Assembly: GCA_951406725.2 (NCBI GenBank)
Contig: OX597834.1
Location: 17,484,001 to 17,548,000, forward strand
DNA: 64,000 nucleotides
Source of the DNA: Octopus vulgaris
Taxonomy: Eukaryota
Direction of reading: 5' to 3'
The position numbers and the translations under genes were made by a program. The notes below the pieces were generated by a model that did not search any database, had not been told where the DNA came from, and was given only the letters and a program-made list of their open reading frames with translations. Within the stretch, counting starts at the first letter, position 1; every line of letters starts with the position of its first letter. Positions 49,907 to 63,284 of the stretch are shown piece after piece.

Positions 49907-50350
49907 AAGATGGGTGAATGTAGCAAGAATGGCACGTATGAATGACGAAGCCACCTTGAGCATAGTCCTATGAACCCAGAAATCGAAAACAGAGAGTTGC
50001 TTATTTGCAAAAAAAAAAAAAAAAGAAATATAAAATGTGACATCATTGACCGAGGTTACCGTGGTCTTTTCCGTAGGCTTTTCTTTGCACGGGTAAACCT
50101 CACCTGTCCTCCCCTTTACACTTCATATTGACATTTCTGTGATAACGATCCCTATTGATCAATTTTTTTCCTCCCCCCTTTTTTTAAACCCCCTTTTTTT
50201 TGTCCTCTTTCTCTCCTTTTACGATCCCTTTTGATCGAAACTCCCCCTTCCTTTTTTTTTTTTTTTTTTTCTTTCTTAAACCTTCAAAAGAAAAGCTCTA
50301 CCTTGTAATTTGTTCTATCTGTGTGCAGCCCTGTGTGGCTAATAAAGAAA
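49907..50350 (+). mobile_element. 3' end of a Tx1-like LINE inserted in (TCTA)n
   Basis: ORF end RWVNVARMARMNDEATLSIVL* (stop 49973), pyrimidine-rich structured UTR, terminal aataaagaaa; TCTA repeats on both sides. The clade call rests on a short peptide. Confidence 0.55.
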
Positions 50351-50988
50351 CATATCTATCTATCTATCTACATACATATATACATACACAATGGGCTTCT
50401 TCTAGTCTCCGTCTACCAAATCTAGTTACAAGGTTTTGGTCTGGCCAAAGTTGTAGAAGAATACACAAGCACAAAGGGGAATGCAGTGGGACTGAACCTA
50501 GAACCACGTGATTAGGAATCAAACTTCTTATCACACAGCCATGCTTGCATGTAATCTTGAAAAAGAAAAAGGAGAAAAAAAAAAAAGAAAAAAAGATTGG
50601 ATAGTCATGGTTGGAATGCCTTTGATCCTAGATCTGCTCGGTCAGGCTGACCTGGAGCTAAACAAAACAACAACATCCTAATTGTAAAACATTTTTAATA
50701 TGCAATTATTGTTAAAAGAATGTTATCTCCGATTTAGGAGAAGAAAATTGTTATTTGGCCTCTGATGCAATGATTAGTTATTTGCTGTTTTATAATTAGT
50801 GATGATATAGATTAAATGAGTGATCTCACTAATTACATCAATGTTTTAAAAAAATATCTTTTCTTTTCAAATATTTAAAAAATGTTCGTTATGGTGCGGG
50901 CATGGCTGTGTGGTAAGAAGCTTGCTATCTAACCACATGGTTTTGTGTTCAATCCCACTGTGTGGCACCTTGGGCAAGTGTGTGTGCA

Positions 50989-51045
<57 letters not shown>

Positions 51046-51349
51046 GAGAGAGATGTTTGCAATTGCACAGGAAAAAATTTTATTAATAAAAATTTTTTGA
51101 ATTTTCAGAAGTCTTGGAATTATGGTCTTCACCTTTCAGTTAGTTTCTCTGTCTCTGTTCTTTCTTTCACTCCAACTAGGATAACCATGTATCCCCTCTA
51201 CAGCAAGATACTTGCTTCTGTCCATCTATCAGGGTTTAACCACTCATCACGTGGCACAAAGCTACTTCCTTCAATTCCACCCCACCCCATCCTTTCAGTT
51301 AAGGTGTTTTTGTCTTGCAAGTTATGTGGTGGCTGAGCTGGTAGTGGCG

Positions 51350-51545
51350 CCGCATAAAAAGTATTCAGCCCACTCGGTAAAGTGGCTGGTGTTAGGAAGG
51401 GCACCTAGCTGTAAAAGCCATGCCAAATCAGGCAGTGGAGCTTGGCACAGTCCCCAGGCTTACCAGCTTCTGTCAAACTGTCCAACCCATGCCAGCATGG
51501 AAGACAAACGTTAAATGATGAGATGATGTTGATGATGATGATGAT
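51350..51545 (+). mobile_element. Family D RTE 3' end
   Basis: D consensus and (GAT)n tail. Confidence 0.8.
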
Positions 51546-51951
51546 TACACACACACACACACACACATATATGTGTGCAGGATATGTTTGGTTAGGCTCT
51601 GCAAAATTTGACATTTATATGAATGATATTACTATTTGCTCTTATCTGTCGGGTTTCTCTCAGCCATGAAGTGCATGTATATCAGGGCAGATCTTCGTTT
51701 ACTGACATTTAACTTTTTCCTGATCATATTTCTAATGAAAGACACTGCTTATGTGCTTCAGTTTATTTTGAAAAAAAAAAATTTTTTTGAGAAATCTAGT
51801 TAAATACTTTACTTCATCATTAACTCTTCATACTAACCTTCCTAATATCAAATCCATGTTTGTGATATAAACTTCCTATTTTAAAGGGATCTTAATGAAA
51901 ACCATCCATCAAAGTTTCATGTTAATTTATGTTCCAAACACCAGCTTAATA

Positions 51952-52294
51952 GGAGGAGACCCCCTTCGGTCATGAATGACCATGGGATTGCACTTTGAAA
52001 GTTACCCTCCGAGACACAAGTCAGGGCAAGATTGTTTGTGGAAGGCTAGCAGTCGCCCATGCATACCAGCCTCCCCTCTCCACATCACTGATGTTATCCA
52101 AGGGAAAGGCAAAGGCCGATACAGCTCGGCACCAGTGATGTTGCAACTCATTTCTACAGCTGAGTGAACTGGAGCAATGTGAAATAAAGTATCTTGCTCA
52201 AGAACACAACACAACACACAGCCCGGTCCAGGAATCGAACTCACAACCGCATGATTGTAAGCTCTACGCTCTAACCACTGAGCTATGTGCCTTC
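51952..52294 (-). mobile_element. SINE family C inserted in a family E MITE, 14-bp TSD
   Basis: acaccagcttaata at 51938 and 52295. Confidence 0.92.
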
Positions 52295-52673
52295 ACACCA
52301 GCTTAATAATGACAGTTATTTTACTAAGTTCTTTTTGTTATTTTCAAAATTTATTGAAACAAAAAGCAGTGTATTTCCACAAAAATACATTAACCGAAAT
52401 GTTCATCTTGTGTTTAGAACAAAAATCAAGTTCTTGCATAAAATTATGAAGGAAGCTTTTAGTTTGATACTTTTGCTACCATATTTCTGTTGAAATACAC
52501 AGTGATTTTTTTTCAATTAATTTTGAATATAATTTTGAATACAATAGTAAAATAATTTCAGAATTGTATTTGTCTTGCAAGTGACTTGATCTGAGACAAT
52601 GGGTTGAAACTGAAGCAACTCCATCATGGAAAAGCCATTTAATAACACACAAAACTTTAAAATTCACTTCAGT

Positions 52674-52916
52674 TCTTCAGCATTCAGATTTCTCTATCCA
52701 ATGTAATGCCTATTTATTCACATTGTTTTGAATTAATCATGCATTCATCTTGTGGCTTTGAGATTTCAATGATGTGATTGTATATTTTTAGAATGACATT
52801 GTAGGATAGGTGTGAGAGGCCAGATCTAGCTGGTTTGAACATAAAACAGGTAGAATTTAAACAGGCTGTATCCAGCCCAAGGCTAAATATGGCCTGTTTG
52901 AATGATGAAGGGTTAA
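52674..52916. mobile_element. Family F MITE
   Basis: ttcagcattcaga ... tgaatgatgaagggttaa. Confidence 0.65.
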
Positions 52917-53600
52917 ATCTGTTTCATGAAGTATTGGAATTTTCATTGTTCAACAGCAGCCTGAGTCTCTAACACAATTCCTCTGCAACTCTGTTGTCAA
53001 TAAGCAGGTCACAGTTGTGCTGTGAAGATTTGAACCCCACATGAAACAAATTTAAAGTGAATTTTGTAATTCTGTGTGTTTATTAAATGGCTCTTCCACA
53101 ATGTAGTTGCTTAGTAAAATCATTTGGTTGAGCTGACGGAATTGTTAGCAAATCACACAAAATGCTAAGCAGTGTTTGTTTCAGGTTTTTACATTCTGAG
53201 TTCATATTTTGCCCAGGTTAACTTTGTCTTTCATTCTTTTGGAGTCACTAAAATATCGTACCAGTCAAGGACCAGGGTCAGTGTACTCCAAATTGCTGAC
53301 CTTGTGCTGAAAGTTGAAACAGTTATTAAGATAGTGTGGAACATAAACTTAAATGGGATTTCGATGGACGATTATAATTTACATCATTTTAAAAGAGGAA
53401 GTTTGTTAAAATCACTACCATATTATTTTCAAAATTAATAGAACTAGGGTGGGGGCTATCAGACTCAGTAATGTACTATTGAGCCTGATACCTCTACCTT
53501 TGTTCTCTTATAGTATGAACATCTTTAAAGCAGTTTCATATCATGGGAATAGTGCTTTTCTCATGTAGCTTGGGTTCAAATGAGCTGACAGAATTCTTTC

Positions 53601-53835
53601 ATCATCATCATTGTTTAACATCCGTTTTACATGCTGGTATGGGTTGGATGGCTTAACAGGAGCTGGCCAGCTGGGGAGCTGTTCAAACTCCAGTTGTCTG
53701 TTTTGGCATGGTTTCTACAGCTGGATGCGCTTCCTAACGTCGACCACATTACAGAGTGTGCTGGGTGCATTTTACCTTCTGCCGGCATGGGTGCATTTAC
53801 ACAGTCCTGGCATGAATGCATTTTACATGGCACTG
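53601..53835 (-). mobile_element. Family D RTE 3' end
   Basis: Reverse of the D consensus. Confidence 0.8.
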
Positions 53836-54913
53836 ATAAAGAATTGATGAAATATAGGCAAGAGTGGTTTCAGCTCATCAATGCTTGGTTCAGTATTAAA
53901 TCAGCTCCTTGAGCTATTCACCCTCCATACAAGGAATTTGACAGCAGCAGTGGGGTCAAATGTAATGATATTGGGAGATCAATAAGGAATTGACAAAGAA
54001 TAAAATTATATGGAGAGATGCTGTATCATAAACCTCCAACCCCCCCCTCTCCAATACCTGTGCTTGCATAGAGAAACACTCATCATGATGACAATGACAA
54101 TGATGATGATGATGATGATGATTGTTATTGTTGAGTTGATAGACAGTTAATTGTTGAAGATTGTTTGTTACACAATTGTAAAACCTAAAGTAATTTTGTA
54201 TGTAGCTTTGCTTTTAAACCCGTGCCCTCCCCCCCTTGCCCAGCTTTTCATCTTTGCCAATTGTGTTAATCTTGTAAATGATACAGCGGTGATGTTAATA
54301 AACCTATTGTGTGCAGTAGCATACATTGTACACAATCTCCTTCAGTGCTCTCTCTCTCTCTCTCTCTCTCACTCTCACACACACACATAAACATTGCATT
54401 GTGCAGAGATCCAGTGAAGGCCTCACTGATTAATTTACTCTTCTCTCCATCTGGTTGTACTTAGTTAACATCATCATTGTTTTCCGTCTTTCTGTTGATG
54501 AAATTATATTTCCATTGTCATCGTTTTCTTCTTTTTCCATAATCATCAGGATTTTGCATCCATTTCTCTCTAGTATGGGTTGGATGAGTTCACAATACTG
54601 TGCAGCTTTTCTCACACACACTTCAGTCTCCCAGCTTATTCTCTGCTGTTTAATATATACAACTTGTTGGTCGTCTTCATATTATGAATCCCTGTTATTA
54701 TCTATTAATAAAATAAATGTTTCTGGACAGATGGGTTTAATAAGGCACAATTGCCAAATCTTTTGATCTCAGTTTTATTTTACTCAGTTTTGTGCTGACC
54801 TGGGCTAAATAACAGACCATACCTTGTTCATTCTTCTCCAATCACTAAAAATGTACAGCTGTCACTATGTGTGTTTCATCAAAACATAACACTTCTTAAA
54901 AAACTTTATACTG

Positions 54914-54946
<33 letters not shown>

Positions 54947-56509
54947 GTAGGAAGAGAGAATGTAACTTTGTTATCAAAAGAAATAGTTCTCTGAATTAGT
55001 TTCATGATATACACTGCATGTCCAAATTGACATAGATGAAAAGTAATCTGCTTCACAAGGCAGTGTTGACATAGCAAAACATTCCAGTAATCTCTGTTGA
55101 TTTAACCTATGTATGAAAACTATGGTTGAAGTCGTTGTTGTCATCATCATTATCATGATTATTATTTAACATCTGTGTTCCATGTTGGTATGGGACAGAG
55201 ACTGGCAAGCTGGAGGGATTACACCAAGCTCTGCTGTCTGCTTTTGCATAATTTCTATGACTGGATGTCCTTCCTGATGTTAACCAATTTCAGAGTGAGC
55301 TGGGGTGCTTTTTATATGGCACCAACTGCAGTGAGATCACCGACTGACTTGGAAGACGAGGCAAATTTCAGTATTGAGGGAAGTGGCTTTATGTCAGATG
55401 ATGAGAGGTTAGAGCATCAAGCCTAACACACATTGTACTTCTGGATTGATGGAAAGGAATATTCGCTTGAGTTGCAATATTGACAACGTCAGAAGCAGCT
55501 TTGGTGTTAGTGGAAGTGATGAGCGAGAGTAAGTAATGGTAGAAATGTCATTTAAAACTGTTGCTGTTGTGACTTGGTGATGTCAGTGTGAAAATTTCAA
55601 AGTAATGATATGAGGTGTGAACACAGAAGTAGAGAAGTATTGTAGACTTGTTCTTTGAATTGGGGTAAGTTAGAATATGTAGTAAGAATGTTTTAGCAAA
55701 TATAGAAGAATCCTGAAATAGAGACTACATAAATAGGGAGTGTTTTAATTTAGTGGGTTAGGTGCAGGCATGGCCGTGTAGGCATAGGAAGTGGTTGTGT
55801 GGTTGAAAAGCTTGCTTCTTGATCATGCGATCATGGGTTCAAGTCCAATTTGCATGGCACCTTGGGCAAGTGTCTCCTGCTGTAGACTCAGGTTGACCAA
55901 AGTCTTGTGAGAGGATGTGGGAGACAGAAACTGAAAGAAGTTTGTCGTGTGTGCGTGCGTGTGTGTGTGTGTCCTTGTCTGGACATGTGGCATTTGTAAA
56001 TGAGCATCATCATCATCATCACACAAACGATGTTGTTTATTTTTTGTCTTCCATGACAAACCTGTCCAGCCACGGGAAAATATTTACCTTGCTTGGAAAC
56101 AGGGGAGGATTGACAGCATTAGGGGCATACAGCTGTGGAAAATCTGCATCCATCAAATTCCGCCTGACCCATACATGCAATGAAACGTGGGCGTTGAATG
56201 GTGATCATAAGAAAAGTATCCCAATTAAAACTTGGAAGCAATTAAGAAAAGCATATTTTTTCGCATGTCATTCAGCATACCTGACTGGAATATATTGTAA
56301 CACATGACAGTTCCAATTAAGTAGTTATTGTATAAGAGACAAGACAAACTTCAGTAAGAACTAAAGCTTTGAAGTCAGTCTTAATAAATTACTGCCAAGC
56401 AAGAAAAGAGCAAGACTCTTTCTTATTATTATAACAATCTGTTGTGTTACAGTATTACAAGAACAAAGTCCCTTTCCCTAAAGAGTGAAAAATAATTGCT
56501 GATAGACAC

Positions 56510-56817
56510 AACTGGCACTCTGTCGGTTACGACGACGAGGGTGAGTGCTAGTTTATCTAATCAATAGAACAGCCTGCCTATGAAATTAACGTGCAAGTGG
56601 CTTAGCACTCCACAGACACGTGTACCCTTAACATAGTTCTCAGGGAAATTCAGGGCAACGCAGAATGTGACAAGGCTGGCCCTTTGAAATGCAGGTACTG
56701 CTCATTTTTGCCAGCTGACTGGACTGGAGCAACGTGGAAGACTAACGCGCCGCTGGCTATCGATCTCACGACCTTACGATTGTAAGCCGAATGCTTTAAC
56801 CACTAAGCCATGCGCCT
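56510..56817 (-). mobile_element. SINE family C variant
   Basis: Minus head aggcgcatggcttagtggttaaagc; homologous to 13165-13490. Confidence 0.85.
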
Positions 56818-57419
56818 TTGCATAGACATAAGGGCAATAATACACATAGAGGGAAGTACAAATTAATTAAAACGCGAAGAAGAAAACTAAGTTCATTACA
56901 TTTCTTAGTTTCATACATGTGTTTCTGTGGTGGTGGGCATGTCTATATTGTTTTTTTGGGTGTTGGTGGTGAAAGTGGTTCCATGTTTGCTATGAATTAT
57001 TGAAATGCCTTTTCGTATTCTTCCTAATTTAAAGCCGGTGGAGCTTGCAGAATTGCTAGAACATCAGACAAAATGCTTAATGGTGTTTCTTCGGATTTAG
57101 TGTTCTCAGTTCAGATTCTGTCGACGTTGACTTTATCCTTCATTTTCTTTTTGGTAGGGGGGGGGTCGATAAAAAATGTACGACAGTGTTTGTTTGGCTG
57201 AGAAACTCGATTTTTTTTTAAATTTCAAAATGAACAGGTTTCTTGCTAATTTAAAATTCAGTTATTCGAAGGAAAAAAAAACAAATACAAAAGTGTATGA
57301 ATGTAAGGGAGATAACTCCCATTTATTATTATTTTTTTGCGACTAACACTGGTGGAACATTGAATAATCTCCCTTGTAATATAAACCGTTTTTATTGTCC
57401 TGACAGTTTATCAGTGGTT

Positions 57420-58008
57420 CAAGGCGGTGAACTGGCAGAAACGTTAGCACGCCGGGCGACATGCTTAGCGGTATTTCGTCTGCCGCTACGTTCTGAGCTC
57501 AAATTCCGCCGAGGTCAACTTTGCCTTTCATGCTTTCGGGGTCGATTAAATAAGTACCAGTTACGCACTGGGGTCGATATAATCGACTTAATCCGTTTGT
57601 CTGTCCTTGTTTGTCCCCTCTGTGTTTAGCCCCTTGTTGGTAGTAAAGAAATAGGTATTTTGTCTGCCGCTACGTTCTGAGTTCAAATTCCGCCGAGGTC
57701 GATTTTGCCTTTCATCCTTTCGGGGTCGGTTAAATAAGTACCAGTTATGCACTGGGGTCGATATAATCGACTTAATCCGTTTGTCTGTCCTTGTTTATCC
57801 TCTCTGTGTTTAGCTCCCTGTGGGTAGTAAAGAAATAGGCATTTCGTCTGTCTTTATGTTCTGAGTTCAAATTCCGCCGAGATCGACTTTGCCATTCATC
57901 CTTTCGGGGTTGATAAATTAAGTACCTGTTGCGTACAGGGTCGATCTAATCGACTGCTACCCCCACTACACTCCAAAAATTTTGGGCCTTGTGCCTAGAG
58001 TAGAAAAG
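57420..58008 (+). mobile_element. SINE family B trimer (B2-B2-B1)
   Basis: Same architecture and junctions as 1537-2106. Confidence 0.92.
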
Positions 58009-58060
58009 ACTGTATGAATAGATACAGTTCTATATTTAAGGTATGATAAATTATGTACTT

Positions 58061-58162
58061 TATTTACATTTGATGGACATTTGTCCTCATCTTCTTTGTT
58101 GTTAACACAACATTGTGTTAACAACAAACAAGATGAGGACAAATATCCATCAAATGTAAATA
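58061..58162. repeat. Near-perfect palindrome, 50-bp arms, 2-nt spacer
   Basis: 48 of 50 positions complementary by eye. Confidence 0.92.
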
Positions 58163-58993
58163 CTGTATGAGTGGTTTCCAACCTTTTCACTGCCAAGGAC
58201 CTCTTTTACTTAAATGAGTTTTTGCCTTGGACCCCAGGATATTGAAGAGTCTGTCAGCTTAACATGTTCACGGACCCCTAGTAGTACCGTTGCGGACCAC
58301 AGATTGGGAGCCACTGCACTATATTATTCTTGTGTAGTTTAACTTGTCTGTTCAGTAAACAGGGTCATCTGTTGGGCAATTATCGCGGGCACATTCAAGT
58401 AAGGCTGCAGATGTTACGCTGTTATACCTGGTTAGACTGTTGTTTTTGTTGTGGTTGCTTTTTTATAGCCCCAAGCTGGCTTCAATGTAGCACATATGTG
58501 GTCACAGGCGTTCCAACTGCGACCATTTTTTTTTTTTTTAGTTTTTCAGTAAATGCATATAGCCATTTGGTAGTTGAATGTCATGAAACAAGTGGAAAGG
58601 GATGAGAGCTTTTGGGGAGTTACAATGTGCTGAAATGGCCCTGCATAGAAACAAAATAAAAGCAAAATAAAATAAACAATTTGTGAGAGCAGAAAGCCAG
58701 CTGAGTCTTGCCTGAGTCATGTGAATGCTAAGACAGTAGGGTGTGATAGGAGGGAGATTTTATTTGCTATTTCTAGTGTGTAACATAACCCCATTGAGGT
58801 CCTTGTTGGCTGGTAGCTTCATTGTTGAGGCATGTGCTGATCACCTGTAACAATCCATAACATAAAACCTTTAGCTTGTCTCTCCCACAAACTCTTTTGT
58901 CTCTAAGAATTGCAAATCAGCGATCGTTGTCCCACTGCCTGAGTAACTACTGGTGACTGTGTATGACAGCTCTCCAGTTATGTCTTGCGTTTG

Positions 58994-59600
58994 GGTGCAG
59001 GTATGGCTGTGTGGTAAGAAGTTTGCTTTCTGACACTTGGTTTCAAGTACAGTCTCACTGTGTGGCACCTTGGGCAAGTGACATCTACTCTAGCACTGTA
59101 CCAATCAAAGCCTTGTGAGTGGATTTGGTTGATGAAAACTGAAAGAAGCCCATTGTATGTATGTATGTATGTATGTATGTATGTATGTATGTATGTATGT
59201 ATGTATGTATGTGTGTATGTATTTGTGTGTGTGTGTGTATGGATGTAGGTGTGTGTATGGATGTAGGTGTGTGTATGGATGTAGGTATGTGTATGTATGC
59301 CTGTATATGTATGTGCTTGTGTGTGTTTGCATGTGTTTGTGTGTGTTTGTGTGCATGCACGCAGAAGTATTTCTGTCTCCTACCATTGACTTTATGCATT
59401 AGTTCTAAAACGAGTGTCAACCATCATGGGAGTGGTGTCCATCGTTTCCAATCTTCTGTGGAAAACACGTCTGGCATTGAGGAAATATTACCTTGGTTGG
59501 AAACAGGTGAGGGTTGGCAACAGGAAGGGCATCCCACTGTAGAAATATCCACCTCAAAGTATTCCGTCTAACCCTAACAACATCACTGATGATGATGACA
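58994..59600 (+). mobile_element. SINE A head, microsatellite and alternative 3' half
   Basis: A head followed by gggttggcaacaggaagggcatcc and a (GAT)n tail; same layout at 55762-56205. Confidence 0.7.
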
Positions 59601-60577
59601 TGATAATGATATGATTATGAAACCCTTTGTGAGATTGGTCTATTTAATTTCAAATGCAATTGAGTAAATGAATTTTTTTTTTTAAACTTCATGACTTAAA
59701 AAAGCTTTATTATATCACAATGTAACAGAACCTTAGACTGCCCTGACATTGTTTCAGTTGTTATCAGCTGTCATTTACAGCTTAAATTAAATACTTTTGC
59801 CTTATCATGTTCTTAAATAATTTCCTGTTAATTTTGTTTTTTCTGTAGTTTAGCACTTTGAGCTTTACTCATAGTTTTCTTAGGTCAAACTCTGTCTTGA
59901 TTTCACAATCAATTGCTATTTGTTTAATCTCTTCTATCAATATTTTTATTTCATTTTATTGACATTTATTTATTTTAGTTGTTCTGAATCGAATGATTTC
60001 CAATCAGAGCTTCTAGTTTGTGTGTTAAGCATTGTGTTGATTCACTAACTACATCAGTCTCTGTGAGTGAGTCTACAGCTGTTTATCAGGACTTGGAAGA
60101 ACCACTGCATATAACTATTCAAAATGTAAATGATATATTACTAACATATCCGTCTTCATAAGCACATAGCTGCTAGCAAACATTACAAACCACCACCAAA
60201 CCACCACCACCACCACCACCACCACCACCCACCACCACCACCACCTCCACCCTTCACTTTTTTCTCCTTGCACCCTTCATTATTTAAGGAGTTACGGTTA
60301 CCCTTCTGCCTGCTTTGGTACACAATTTTTTTGTTGTCATTTTTGAGGACGTTCCCCGTATCAAGTGTTTATTTGTTTGATATCTGTTGCTGCACAAATA
60401 CCGTTCGTGTGCACGTAGTAGCTTGATACTGTTTCCTATAGCAGCAGCTGCACCTTTATTTATTATTGTCTCTTTGTCAAGCATTAAGGTAAGAGCCTTT
60501 TATAAGTTGCTATCAGTTAGTTAACCCAGAGGGTCGCGGTTTATTCTGTAACCAGGAAGGAATTATATCGTTTATCT

Positions 60578-60965
60578 TTTATTGGTTTCTGTCATTGGAT
60601 TGTGGCCATGTTGGAGCACTTCTTTGAAAGGTTTAGGCAAACAAATCGACCCTGGTAGTTTTTTTTGTTTGTTTGTAATCCTGACACCTATTCAGTTGGT
60701 TTTTATTGCCGAACCGCTGATGTTACGTAGACGTAACAAACCTAGCACCGGTTGTCAAGCAGTGGTGACTGATAAACGCAACAGAAAGACACACACACAC
60801 ACACACGTGATGGGTTTCTTTCAGTTTCTACCAAGTAAATCCACCCACAAGGTTTTGATCAGTCTGGGGCTATAGTAGAAGACACTTGCTCAAGGTGCCA
60901 CGCAGTGGGACAGAACCCGAGACCCAGTAGTTGGGAAGCAAATGTCTTATCACACAGCCACGCCA
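60578..60965 (-). mobile_element. SINE family A, diverged
   Basis: Reverse head and 3' half. Confidence 0.8.
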
Positions 60966-61394
60966 ACGTATTAGCGTCAGCGTTCATCGTTGTTGTTGGA
61001 GTTAATGGTTTTAATATTCCCATTCTGTGCTGAGACACAAGTCTAACAAGTCTGCAATATCTAAAAACCTTTCGTTACTTTCAGTTTCGTGTGATGACAT
61101 CTTCGGTGTTGGTCTTTCGAACAAGTTCAATACAAATTACTTCACCTCAAACAGTTTACTCTCCCATTTCCACTTAAACTTTATATCATCAAGTTATCTC
61201 CCTTCACTTGGTGATTATAGATTAGCAGCAGAGTTATCTCTCTTACATTGACTGTCTTGAAACGTACGTTTTGACAACTGTCAGGTAAATTAACGTTTTA
61301 ATTTAATTTAATTTAAAATGTATAAAGATAATTTGAGGAATGGAAAACTCGGAGTAACGGAATAAAGAAGAGTGAAGCATCAGCTTCGAAAAAA

Positions 61395-62487
61395 TGAATA
61401 CATCTCTGCACCAACGCACTGTTTATTCTTGCACAACTGAACTCATTTCTCTGTTGGCTCATCTCTACCAAATCGTTGTCTAGGCATATTAACCACTTAC
61501 CCAACAATTATTTTGAAAATAAATGTATTTTTTCAGACATATTTTTTATTAGTTTCAGTCAATACATGCTCTATAACTCTTTCATCTATATACAAAGAAA
61601 AAAATCAAAAGGACTCATTGTCACTGCCAGACGTATAAAGTGAGCGAATATACTCGTATATGTCAAAAAAGAGTTTATAATAGACGAAGGAACTCGTTTG
61701 CTGTCGATTTTGGCGAGTCTATCTTTTGACAAGTTAACTCGCCAGAGATAGAAAAAAACGATTTCGGTCAAAACGCATATATTCGTTTCTGCCGGGTAAG
61801 GGGTTAACATTACACATCCGACAGGGCGTGCTTGCTTCGTTACTCTCTAACATTTACACATCCTCTGCAGTCAGTGCCCGTGTCTCATTACCATGCACTT
61901 TGCTCACAAGTTACATACAACTTATCCTTTTACTTAAAAGGGAGAATCCCTTTGATACTGACAGAAGTAGTAACTCACTCAATTTCCCCCCCACTTTGTC
62001 TGTACTTTTGCAGTACCCTATTTCAGAACTCACAAACTGTTATCTCAGTTGCCCAAGTAACAGAGACTATCAACTATTTGTATAGAACCTTCCAAACTTT
62101 GAAAGTAATTCATTTTACAACTACACCAACTGTTAATTATCCCTGTTCATTTGCCACATATTAAGTCTTTATTCACCGTGAGTCCTGTACATCCCATAGT
62201 TCACACCTTGTACACTATATGATGTTTCTTATTACTTCCTTTTATGCATATTGAATCTGACCATTTCTGTGGTGTCAGCCAAATGCTTTTTTATTCCGTT
62301 TACTAAAACTTTTGTTTTTCTGCAGTTTATTCTGGGGCCTTTCACTTTTGCATTTAGAATTTTCTTTTGTAAGTTTTTTTTCACAGATTCTGCTGTAAGG
62401 ACTAGGTTATCAGCATATACTAGTTCCTATGGAACAGCCAGTTTTAAACTAGCCATTGTGTAACTTGGAGAACTGTAGTAAATGAGG
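61395..62487 (-). pseudogene. RTE-clade LINE reverse-transcriptase relic, split by a MITE
   Basis: ELVYADNLVLTAES (YADD-like), KTKVLV, IVDSLCYLG, HGNETRALTAED, NEAS..RMCNV, then VQE..RW beyond the MITE; many stops and frameshifts. Confidence 0.85.
61493..61803. mobile_element. piggyBac-type MITE with TTAA TSD
   Basis: TTAA-ccacttaccc ... gggtaagggg-TTAA; LINE homology resumes on both sides. Confidence 0.8.
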
Positions 62488-62692
62488 TGTGTACATATGC
62501 ATGTACCTTTGCATGTGTATATATGTATGTATATACATGTGTTTATACACATACATATAAATACGTGTGTATAGGTATGTGTATGTATACACATACATAT
62601 AGACACGTGTGTATGTATATCTATGTATATAATATGTGTGTATATATGTACGTATGTTCATGCACAGATTCACACATGGTTGTATGTATATG

Positions 62693-62956
<264 letters not shown>

Positions 62957-63104
62957 GAAGTTTTTATATGGGTCCCTTCAAAACTGGAAGGGGTACTCTC
63001 GGGCAGGTTGGTATAGAAATGGTTTATACTGTGGTTAGTTTCTCTACCCATATCCATCTGTCTGTCCGTCCGTCTGTCTGCCTACCGGCCTGCGTGTCTA
63101 TCTA

Positions 63105-63155
<51 letters not shown>

Positions 63156-63284
63156 AGGACCCTCACCCACTTCCTCTAATTTTTGCTTTTTTATCATCAC
63201 ATTTGATAACATAAAAAGACACACAGGCATATTAGACTCACCCAAACTTCAGTTGTGCATATTCAGAAATTTGCAAATACAAGG

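Noticed and set aside
60284-60484. 66-aa minus-strand ORF considered as a transposase fragment
   Set aside because: No catalytic or cysteine-rich motif; the nearby MITE is fully bounded at 61493-61803.
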